From NCBI GenBank assembly GCA_963733135.1, contig CAVTBX010000005.1, positions 77,450 through 141,449 on the forward strand: 64,000 nt of DNA, given 5' to 3'. Positions 25,312 through 32,571 of this stretch are shown here, piece after piece. The position numbers and the translations under genes were made by a program. The stretch is from an uncultured Actinomycetes bacterium (GTDB lineage Bacteria > Actinomycetota > Thermoleophilia > Gaiellales > Gaiellaceae). Below the pieces are notes generated by a model. It saw only the letters and a list, made by a program, of their open reading frames with translations, searched no databases and was not told the origin of the DNA. Each line of letters opens with the position of its first letter. Position 1 is the stretch's first letter.

Positions 25312-25339
25312 CTATCGGCGTGAGGAGCTAGCCGCTTAA
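25312..25339 (-). promoter_or_regulatory. Sigma-28-type promoter of pilD
   Basis: Minus strand reads TTAAG-N15-GCCGATAG, then 7 nt to the GTG. The -35 overlaps the stop codon of the upstream pseudopilin. Confidence 0.6.
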
Positions 25340-27108
25340 CCGCTGTAGAGCTGAGGTGGGTTCGGCTGCGCGTAGACCGCCGGGTTGCCCGGCATGCCGA
25401 CCGGAACCGTGACGATGTTCGGGAACGAGCTCGTCGCCACGTTGTTCGACAGGATGATGTGCGACGCGACGATCGGCCCGTCGGACTTCGAGTTGTTCCC
25501 GAAGGAGACCGCGCCGTTGTGCGCGTAGAGCGCACCCTGGAAGCTCGAGTTGTTGGCGAACTGGATGCCGTTTCCGGCGGACACGCCGCCCTGGCCGGAG
25601 CGCTCGGTGACGAACGTGAGCATCTCCGTGTTCGGGTTCCAGGCGTCGAAGTCGCAGTCGGCGCCGACGACGCCGCCACACAGCTTGCCGCTGAAGTTGA
25701 GGCTTCCTGAGAGGTAGATGGCCGCTTGTCCGTTGTACTGGTTGACCGCACCGTTCGAGATTTGTGCGCTCCCGTCGATGTAGATCGTGCCGCTGACTGT
25801 GAGCACCTTGGTGGTCGCGTTCCATGAGAGCTCGCCCGTGGCAGGATCGATGTGCGTGACCGCCGCGCCGTTGCTGTGGGTAGCTGCCGCCGTGCCCTGC
25901 TGAGCGCGCATGACGGTCCACGTCGTTGTGCCAGCGCCTCCTGTGACGACCATGTACTCGTTATCGATCTTGATCGTGAAGGTTCCGTAGGTGGGGAAGC
26001 CGGCTGCCGATGCCACTGTGAGCGTGGTGTTCGTCGTCGTCGTCGAGCCCGAGAGAGTGGTCGCGTCGGTGGCCGCGGCGGGGCCCACGCGGCAGGTGTA
26101 TGAGGACGCAGGCGTGAGGTTCTGGACCGAGAGGCTGTTGTCCCGGACGCCGTTGTTGTCGAATTGAGGCGGCGAGCCGCTGACGGTCGTGCAGGCCTGG
26201 CTCGGGCCCGGCATGGCGTTTGTGTACCACCCCGTGAAGTCCGCCGACGGGATCGCAAGGACCGGCACAGACGCGCTGACGCCGTTCGTGTACTGGCCCG
26301 AGCCGTTCAAGTACTTGGCCCAGATATTCTTGGCGGAGGTCAAGGTCGCGTCTGAATATCCCCCGCAGGCACCGATCACGTTGCTCGGTGTCGAGCTGGT
26401 TCCGTAGACGCAGTCCTTGCCGACGTAGGTCTCGACGCGCGAGCTCGAGCTGCCTACGCTGGTGTTATTGCTGAGCGAGAGATTCCCCCCGACGACGAGG
26501 TTCGAGGGAGAAAGGTTCGAGTTGTTGCTGAGACAGAGATTTCCCACGACGTAGAATCGCGAGGCTCCCCCGACGTTGTTGTTGAGCGTCTGGTCGCATG
26601 TGTTGCCCGTTCGGGTCGAGAACATGTAGTCCCAGGCTGGGTTGTTGAGCGGCTGCGTCACTGTCGGGACGACGGGAATTTTCGCCGACAACGTGCGAGT
26701 GACATCATTGGTCGCAGCGGTGGGGTTGGCGATCCGGCCCGTGGACGAGACCGACCAAACTTGAGTGCTATGGTCGAGCGTTCCCGACCAGGTCACGGTC
26801 CCGTTGTCGTAGCTTGTCGTTGTGCTCGGTAGAAGATTGGCCTTGAGTGCATTGTTCTCGGGCTTCGAGAGGATCGCGACCATCTCGTTGATCCCGGCCT
26901 CGGCGAGGTCGTAGGCGCTCGCGTTCTCCTTTGAGAACTCGGCGCTTCGCACGTTGGCGCTCGAGTAGTAGATGAGCGTCGTCCCGCTCACCGAGAGCAC
27001 ACCGAGGACCCCGATGGCCATGACGAGAGAAATCCCGTCTTGCCGTCGGAGCCGCCGCAGAAACCTGGAAAGCCGCATGGGTGGTGATAGACCTTTCGGA
27101 GCTCTCAT
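25336..27108 (-). CDS. Large PilX-like pseudopilin / putative pilus tip protein
   Basis: PilX_N-like hydrophobic N-terminus (RRQDGISLVMAIGVLGVLSVSG). About 560 aa are rich in Asn/Ser/Thr/Gly, with beta-helix-like repeats (GNLCLSNNSNLSPSNLVVGGNLSLSNN). The alternative start is ATG 27078. Confidence 0.68.
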   Translation of the reverse strand: MRAPKGLSPPMRLSRFLRRLRRQDGISLVMAIGVLGVLSVSGTTLIYYSSANVRSAEFSKENASAYDLAEAGINEMVAILSKPENNALKANLLPSTTTSYDNGTVTWSGTLDHSTQVWSVSSTGRIANPTAATNDVTRTLSAKIPVVPTVTQPLNNPAWDYMFSTRTGNTCDQTLNNNVGGASRFYVVGNLCLSNNSNLSPSNLVVGGNLSLSNNTSVGSSSSRVETYVGKDCVYGTSSTPSNVIGACGGYSDATLTSAKNIWAKYLNGSGQYTNGVSASVPVLAIPSADFTGWYTNAMPGPSQACTTVSGSPPQFDNNGVRDNSLSVQNLTPASSYTCRVGPAAATDATTLSGSTTTTNTTLTVASAAGFPTYGTFTIKIDNEYMVVTGGAGTTTWTVMRAQQGTAAATHSNGAAVTHIDPATGELSWNATTKVLTVSGTIYIDGSAQISNGAVNQYNGQAAIYLSGSLNFSGKLCGGVVGADCDFDAWNPNTEMLTFVTERSGQGGVSAGNGIQFANNSSFQGALYAHNGAVSFGNNSKSDGPIVASHIILSNNVATSSFPNIVTVPVGMPGNPAVYAQPNPPQLYSG

Positions 27109-27122
27109 CAGAGCCTCGGCTC

Positions 27123-27130
27123 AGATCGGC
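27123..27130 (-). promoter_or_regulatory. GCCGATCT -10-like element upstream of the PilX-like gene
   Basis: Same octamer as at pilC, 14 nt before the ATG at 27108. The best -35 candidate, TCGAA, is at N17 (off-spacing). Confidence 0.35.
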
Positions 27131-27157
27131 GAACCCGCTATCCCCCGTTCGAGCGGA

Positions 27158-27776
27158 TCAGGCTCGGATCGTGTTCCGGAGCACGATGTCCGTCTGGAGC
27201 CGCCAGGTCTGCCAGCCCTCGGTCGGCTTGACGTTGACCCGGAAGTCGACACCGAGCTTCCCGAGCGACGACGACGAGGGGGCCGCGTACGTGAAGGCGC
27301 TGTCGGTCGTGATGTAGTCGGCCACCGTCGCCGCCGTGCCGCCGTTCACCGCGCGGCGAAGCTTGTAGCGGCTCGTACCTACGTTCTGGAAGCTGTAGAC
27401 GACTGTCGTCGTGGCGGCCGCCGACGGCGCTCGGGCAGTGACCCGGCAAGGTCGCCGTCACCGAGGTCGCTGTCGACGTGATGGCGCTCGCGCAGTGGAT
27501 CTCCCGGCGCATCCGGTCGACGGCCAGGCGCGCCTGATCCTGGGCGCGGAAGCGCTGATCGGCTGCGAGCTCGGCTTTCATGCCACGGACGAACAGCGTC
27601 GTCAGCGCTCCGAGGATCACACCCATGATGATCAGCACGATCAGGAGCTCGACAACCGTGACGCCGCGCTGGGAGGTCAGCGAGCGAGAGTGTGAACGGA
27701 ACGGCTTCGCCGTTCCTCCATACGAATCGCGCGGAAAGCGGCGCGATTCGCCCGGCCGCTTAACCGCGGCCTCCAT
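27158..27776 (-). pseudogene. PilW-like pseudopilin interrupted by a +1 frameshift near 27413-27432
   Basis: The N-terminus (QRG/VTVVELLIVLIIMGVILGAL...TATLPGHCPSAV) is in the frame of ORF 27138..27776. The continuation (AAATTTVVYSFQNVGTSRYKLRRAVNGGTAATVADY...LRNTIRA) is in the frame of ORF 27158..27349. The junction lies in GGCGGCCGCC. Confidence 0.6.
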
Positions 27777-28668
27777 CCTCGACCTTCGCGAGCACTCGCT
27801 CGGCGAGCCTGGCGCTCTTCGCGCCGAAGTCCCAGCGCTCCATGATCGACCGGTCGACCCGGATCAGGATCCGGAGCGCTTCGTCGCCGTCATGCCAGCC
27901 GAAGCTCGCGCCCGTCACGATCCACGCGTGCTGGTAGAGCCACCAGTTGACGAGTGCTTTCGTCGGCTTGTTCGCCGCTGCGATGCGCTCTTCGACCAGC
28001 TTGGCCCGGTCGGGTAGCGGCATCTCGTCGGCCGGCTCGACCGGTGCGCCCTCGACGACGAAGTCGGGCTTTCGACTGTCAGTTCCGGCGGGCTCCTCCT
28101 CAGGCTTTTCCTCGAGGGCCGGCTCGTCTTCCTTCGGCCGAGGCTCGTCCTTCTTGGCCTCGTCCGACGGCTTGGGCTCGGCGCCCTGGCCCTCAGGGTT
28201 GCCAGGGTCGGCGGGCTCCTGCTCGCCCTCGTCGGCCGGATCGGGGTCGGCGACGAGGCGGAGAGCGGTGCCGTCGTAGGGGGACGAGTTCTCGGGCAAG
28301 CCGCGCTCGGAATAGGCGGGGTTCCGCTCGAGGCGCAGCTCGATCGTCGGTGTACCTGTGTCGAACACGAGAGTCTCCGGCGCGGGGTTCTGAAGCGCCA
28401 CGAGGTTCGCGGCGTACCCGTCGACCGAGCCGACGACGCGCCAGGCGAACCCGGCGTCCTCGAGGATCCCCTTCGCGAACACGTACGCCTGCCCTCGCAC
28501 GTCCGGCGTGCGCAGGGTCTTGGGACCGACCTGAACTTGGGCGGCTGCGTCCTCCTTCGCCTTCAACTTGTTCGACGCCGCCGCGAAGGTGAGCGAGGTC
28601 GCCGCGAGGAGACCGATCACGATCAGGGCAGCAAGGCGCGGCAAGAGAGCAGCGAGGCGCGCAGTCAT
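27760..28668 (-). CDS. Membrane-anchored protein with a PASTA-like domain, an acidic/Pro-rich linker and an unknown C-terminal domain
   Basis: ATG 28668 (MTARLAALLPRLAALIVIGLLAA), while the ORF track starts at TTG 28695. The segment TPDVRGQAYVFAKGILEDAGF...IELRLE is PASTA-like. Overlaps the next gene by 17 nt. Confidence 0.5.
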   Translation of the reverse strand: MTARLAALLPRLAALIVIGLLAATSLTFAAASNKLKAKEDAAAQVQVGPKTLRTPDVRGQAYVFAKGILEDAGFAWRVVGSVDGYAANLVALQNPAPETLVFDTGTPTIELRLERNPAYSERGLPENSSPYDGTALRLVADPDPADEGEQEPADPGNPEGQGAEPKPSDEAKKDEPRPKEDEPALEEKPEEEPAGTDSRKPDFVVEGAPVEPADEMPLPDRAKLVEERIAAANKPTKALVNWWLYQHAWIVTGASFGWHDGDEALRILIRVDRSIMERWDFGAKSARLAERVLAKVEDGGRG

Positions 28669-28707
28669 AGAGGGAAAATCGGCACGGCGAGGCAAACGCT
28701 CGTGCCT

Positions 28708-30171
28708 CTATCGGGTGAAGGTCACGACGCCCGAGTCAACGGGCTCGGAGTCGACGACGTCTGAGCGAGCGACTTCGAAGAGCGGACCGCCGCCCGTGGG
28801 CGCCTCGTCGCCACCCGCGTCCTGCCAGCTGAACGCGCGATCGGCGAACGACTGGAACCAGGCCGCGTCCTGCGGGTACGAGTGCGTCGGCGAATACTGG
28901 AGATGGAGGTGCGGGCCGGTGGTGTTGCCGGTCAGCCCGACGATGCCGAGCGGAGCGCCGGCCGCGAGCGCCGCGCCGGGCTCGACCGTCGGCTCGAGGT
29001 AGGCGAGATGGCAGTAGACGTAGTCCTGCCCGTCCTCGGCACGGATTGAGAGGCCGATTCCGCAGCGACCAGTGGACGATGGCCAGGCGTCCGTCACGAC
29101 CGCGTCCGCGAGCGCGAAGACGGGCGAGCCTTCCGGGGCCGCGATGTCCGCAGCCGGATAGTCGTGGTGGCGATGCGAGACGGAGACCACCCCGGCGCCA
29201 CCTCCCACGGGGAAGACGTATTCGCCCGAGACCATCACGCCCCCGAAAGCGGCGGCAGTCGCCGGCCTCGTGAACGTGACGGCGCCTGCGGTTGTTGCCG
29301 CCTCCTTGCGAAGCTCGTCGAGGCGCGTGACCTCGTAGTCGAGCTTGGCCCCAAGCCGGTCGAGGCGCTGCGCCACCTCTTCTCGCGCCTGACTCAGGCT
29401 CACGACCTCGGCCTCGAGCTTCCGGAACTGCCGGTCGCCGAGGCTCGGGTCGCCCGCCTTCTGCTCTGCGGCGAGAATGTCCCACTCGAGCTCGTCGGCT
29501 TCCCGCTCGACGGAGACCATCGCCTGGCGGGCTCGGGTGACGCGCTTCCGGGCGTTCGTGATCCGCTTCTCGATGTCGTCGATCGCGAAGACGAGTCGAG
29601 GCCCGGCCGGCTGCGTCGGGAAGCCCGGGGCGAAGAGGCTCGAGCCCAGGTCGTCGCCGAACAGCCGGGCAAGCTCGAGGACGTCGTCGACGTACCACTG
29701 CGCGTGGTTGTAGGCGAAGATCGCACGCGACAGGTCGGTCGCCGCGCCGGCGGCCGCGAGGTAACGGGCGGCCGAGTAGACACCGTCCTCGGGATTCCAG
29801 GGGCTCGCGACGCCGTCCCCGTTCCCGTCGGTGCCCCAGCGAAGCCAGGTGTCCGGGATGAACTGCATCCAGCCGAGCGCACCCGCCGAGCTGGGCCCCA
29901 TGTTCTGGCCGAAGTTCGACTCGATCTTGTTGATCGCCCCGAGCACCTGCCACGGGACGCCGTAGGCCGCGCCCGCGGCACGCCAGAGAGTCAGGAGCTC
30001 GTCGTAGGTGCGTACCTCGTAGACAGCAGGCGGCGTCTTCCAGTTCGGGGGGAGCCTGAGACCTGGGCCGTTCGGGGTCGAGGCGCTCGGGAGCGGGGCC
30101 GCGCTCGACGTGCTCCCGGCGATCGCTGCGAACACGAGCGCCAGAGCCGAGATAACGATGACCCGCCGCAT
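28708..30171 (-). CDS. Secreted bifunctional cell-wall hydrolase: lytic transglycosylase + coiled coil + M23 peptidase
   Basis: Signal peptide present. SLT-type segment (NKIESNFGQN...GALGWMQFIP). About 100 aa of coiled coil. M23 motifs present (HHDYPAADI, GPHLHLQ). Confidence 0.85.
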   Translation of the reverse strand: MRRVIVISALALVFAAIAGSTSSAAPLPSASTPNGPGLRLPPNWKTPPAVYEVRTYDELLTLWRAAGAAYGVPWQVLGAINKIESNFGQNMGPSSAGALGWMQFIPDTWLRWGTDGNGDGVASPWNPEDGVYSAARYLAAAGAATDLSRAIFAYNHAQWYVDDVLELARLFGDDLGSSLFAPGFPTQPAGPRLVFAIDDIEKRITNARKRVTRARQAMVSVEREADELEWDILAAEQKAGDPSLGDRQFRKLEAEVVSLSQAREEVAQRLDRLGAKLDYEVTRLDELRKEAATTAGAVTFTRPATAAAFGGVMVSGEYVFPVGGGAGVVSVSHRHHDYPAADIAAPEGSPVFALADAVVTDAWPSSTGRCGIGLSIRAEDGQDYVYCHLAYLEPTVEPGAALAAGAPLGIVGLTGNTTGPHLHLQYSPTHSYPQDAAWFQSFADRAFSWQDAGGDEAPTGGGPLFEVARSDVVDSEPVDSGVVTFTR

Positions 30172-30180
30172 GTCCTCGGC

Positions 30181-31353
30181 CTAACCCGCGACCCGAAGGC
30201 CGACTGACTCGTCGTCTGGCTCCGAGTCTTGCTCAGCGGACGCCTCCTCCTCGACGGCCTCCGCACTCTCCTCGAACTTCTTCTTGCGGAGCGCCTGGTC
30301 GACTTCGATCTCGAAGTCGTGCCGGTTGCTCGCTGCGGCCGCGGCGGTCTCGAAGTCGACGACATCGTCGAGAACCAGCCTCACGAGGTGCTGCGAGAAG
30401 CTCTGCATGAGGTGGAAGGAGCCGTCCTCGATCGCCTCGGTGATCTCCTCGGCCCTCGCGTCGCGGATGAGGTCGGCGACACGCGCGGTGTTAACCATCA
30501 CCTCGACGGCTGCGATCCGGCCGTTGTCCTTGCGCGGCAAGAGGCGCTGGCTGATGACGCCGCGCAGGACGCCGGCGAGGATCTGCCGCGTCATCTCCTG
30601 CTTCTCGGGAGGGAAGAACTCGACGAGCCGGCCGATGGTCTCGGCGGCGTCGACCGTGTGGAGCGTCGAGAGCACGAGGTGCCCGGACTCGGAGGCCTGA
30701 AGCGCCGCCCGCGCCGACTCCTCGTCGCGGAGCTCGCCGATCAGGATCACGTCGGGGTCCTGGCGGAGCGCCCGGCGCAGTCCCTCGAGGTACGAGGAGG
30801 TGTCGAGCCCGACCTCGCGCTGGTTGACGATGCAGCCCTTGTCGTCGTGGACGATCTCGATCGGGTCTTCGATCGTGACGATGTGCTGCTGTCGCGAACG
30901 GTTGATCTTGTCGAGCATGGCGGCGAGCGTCGTCGACTTGCCGGACCCGGTCGCTCCGGTCACGAGGATGAGCCCGCGGTGCTCGTCCGCCAGCTTCTCC
31001 ACGCCATGCGGCAGGCCGAGCTTCTCGAAGCTCGGCACGGTCTTCGGGATGTAGCGGAACGCGAAGGAGATCGCGCCGCGCTGCCGGTACCCGTTGACGC
31101 GAAAGCGCCCGTTGCCGAGGCTCACGTAGGCGGTGTCGAGATCCCCGGACTCGGCGAACTCCTCGCGCTTTCGCGGCGTCCGTTCGGTGACGACGTCGAT
31201 GAAGTGCGCGAGCGTCTTGTCGTCGAGCATGCCCTCGCCGATCACCGGTGTGAGCGTCCCGTCGACGCGAACCATCGGTGGCGAGTCGATCTTCAAGTGA
31301 AGATCGCTGCCGCCGATCTCGATCATGTGTTGGAGGAGGTCGTCCAGGTCCAT
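30181..31353 (-). CDS. Second PilT/PilU-family retraction ATPase
   Basis: ATG 31353 (MDLDDLLQHM). Walker A GATGSGKST and His box TLHT are present. It has an acidic C-terminal tail. 390 aa. Confidence 0.88.
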   Translation of the reverse strand: MDLDDLLQHMIEIGGSDLHLKIDSPPMVRVDGTLTPVIGEGMLDDKTLAHFIDVVTERTPRKREEFAESGDLDTAYVSLGNGRFRVNGYRQRGAISFAFRYIPKTVPSFEKLGLPHGVEKLADEHRGLILVTGATGSGKSTTLAAMLDKINRSRQQHIVTIEDPIEIVHDDKGCIVNQREVGLDTSSYLEGLRRALRQDPDVILIGELRDEESARAALQASESGHLVLSTLHTVDAAETIGRLVEFFPPEKQEMTRQILAGVLRGVISQRLLPRKDNGRIAAVEVMVNTARVADLIRDARAEEITEAIEDGSFHLMQSFSQHLVRLVLDDVVDFETAAAAASNRHDFEIEVDQALRKKKFEESAEAVEEEASAEQDSEPDDESVGLRVAG

Positions 31354-31369
31354 GGCGCAGCCTTTGCGA

Positions 31370-31397
31370 GCATCGGCTGCGAAGGCTCTTTTCTTTA
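31370..31397 (-). promoter_or_regulatory. Sigma-28-type promoter of the pilT2 operon
   Basis: Minus strand reads TAAAG-N15-GCCGATGC (the -35 equals the FliA consensus TAAAG), then 16 nt to the ATG. Confidence 0.6.
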
Positions 31398-31423
31398 GGA
31401 GGGGCGGGGCGGCCCCGTCCCTC

Positions 31424-31506
31424 CCGTTCACCCGTAGGGGCGGGACTTGTCCCGCCCGCGTCCGGCGTACCGTTCACCCGTAGGGGCGAGGCATGCCTCG
31501 CCCGCG
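31424..31506. repeat. Two tandem REP-like units (46-bp period), each with a perfect GC hairpin
   Basis: CCGTTCACCCGTAGGGGCGGGACTTGTCCCGCCCGCG (31424-31460) and CCGTTCACCCGTAGGGGCGAGGCATGCCTCGCCCGCG (31470-31506). The stems are 9 and 10 bp. Confidence 0.7.
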
Positions 31507-31599
31507 CCTCACCGCAGGCCGGCGGGTGTACGGATCCGGCTCGTCGAACCGACCGCACGATCCACTCAGCCGCGGCTTTGGCCGCCTCCGGCCTCGGGC

Positions 31600-31605
31600 T
31601 AGAAT
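31600..31605 (+). promoter_or_regulatory. -10 box TAGAAT of tRNA-Tyr
   Basis: GGGCTAGAAT lies 11 nt before the mature 5' end. tRNA-Thr shows the same GGGCTAnnAT arrangement. Confidence 0.45.
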
Positions 31606-31616
31606 GCGCGCCGGCC

Positions 31617-31698
31617 GGGGGAGTTCCCGAGTGGCCAAAGGGGACCGGCTGTAAACCGGTTGGCTCCGCCTTCGGAGGTTCGAATCCTCCCTCCCCCA
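31617..31698 (+). tRNA. tRNA-Tyr (GTA), class II with long variable arm, no encoded CCA
   Basis: Manual fold: acceptor GGGGGAG/CTCCCCC, anticodon stem ACCGG/CCGGT, loop CTGTAAA, T-arm GGAGG-TTCGAAT-CCTCC, discriminator A. Confidence 0.9.
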
Positions 31699-31834
31699 TA
31701 CCCCAACCGACGCGAGTCCGGCCGCGCCTTCGGCGCGACCATGACGACTCGCTTCGGGATCGGGCAACCTGGTCGTGCTGATGGGAGCAGCACCGGGCAA
31801 AGCCCGGCGCTGCTCGGACGTGAAAGGCTTGGGC

Positions 31835-32293
31835 ATGGCTTTGCACCCGACTGCTCAGCGCGTTGCTGACCGGTTGCGGCTCGCTGGGCTGGCCGTTGAC
31901 GTTCACGAGCTGCCTTCGTCCACTCGGACTGCCGTCGAGGCTGCGGAGGCTGTGGGATGTGAGGTCGGGCAGATCGTCAAGTCGCTCGTCTTTGTGGCGG
32001 ACAATGGGCCGCTGCTTTGCCTTTGTGCTGGCGATCGACGAGTCGACGTCTCGATGCTCGGCGCGGCGGTTCGGCAGGCCTCGGCTGACGAGGTTCGGGC
32101 TGCCACCGGGTTTGCGATCGGCGGAGTGCCGCCGCTCGGGCACGACTCTCGGCTCGACACGGTGATCGACGAGTCGCTCGGGCGCTACGAGACCGTCTGG
32201 TGCGCGGCGGGAACGCCCTTCGCGGTGTTCGAGGCGCGCTTCGCCGACCTCGTCGCGGCGATCCCTGGCGCTTCGGTTCGGGCGGTGTCCTAG
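31835..32293 (+). CDS. YbaK/EbsC-family aminoacyl-tRNA deacylase
   Basis: Internal ATG (MALHPTAQRV). The segment VGCEVGQIVKSLVF...AIGGVPPLGH is typical of the YbaK fold. Confidence 0.78.
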   Translation: MALHPTAQRVADRLRLAGLAVDVHELPSSTRTAVEAAEAVGCEVGQIVKSLVFVADNGPLLCLCAGDRRVDVSMLGAAVRQASADEVRAATGFAIGGVPPLGHDSRLDTVIDESLGRYETVWCAAGTPFAVFEARFADLVAAIPGASVRAVS

Positions 32294-32571
32294 CGCTGGA
32301 GGATGCGGAAGCGCCCGATGCGGGCCTTCTCGTCGCCCTCACGGCCGCGGCGCGCGAAGTAGCGCATCGTCGCGCCGATCCCGCCCGCGACCACGAAGCC
32401 GACCCCGACTGCCCCGGCGGCGACGGCCGGCAGGTTGGCGCGCACCTTGCCCGCGACATCCGTGGCAGACGCCAGGCCGCCACGCAGCTCTTCGACCGCG
32501 CCGGCGAGCTCCTCGCGCTCGCGCGCGATGTCTCTCCGGACGTCCTCCGGCGTTCGTCCGTTCCTAGGCAT
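32290..32571 (-). CDS. DUF3618 domain protein
   Basis: 93 aa. The N-terminus reads RTPEDVRRDIAREREELAGAVEEL, followed by a C-terminal TM helix. Confidence 0.68.
   Translation of the reverse strand: MPRNGRTPEDVRRDIAREREELAGAVEELRGGLASATDVAGKVRANLPAVAAGAVGVGFVVAGGIGATMRYFARRGREGDEKARIGRFRILQR

Noticed and set aside
24552-26258. 568-aa ORF suggesting a very long PilD
   Set aside because: Only the C-terminal 250 aa are peptidase-like. The upstream part is Ser/Arg/Thr-rich nonsense that overlaps the well-supported PilX-like gene in another frame. A promoter and a GTG at 25304 fit the short form.
28707-28714. CCCGATAG (minus strand) upstream of the PASTA-like gene as another sigma-28-type promoter
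   Set aside because: It has one mismatch in the -10 and no T-A-G pentamer at N15. The TAG is simply the stop codon of the upstream hydrolase gene. The gene is more likely co-transcribed in the pilT2 operon.
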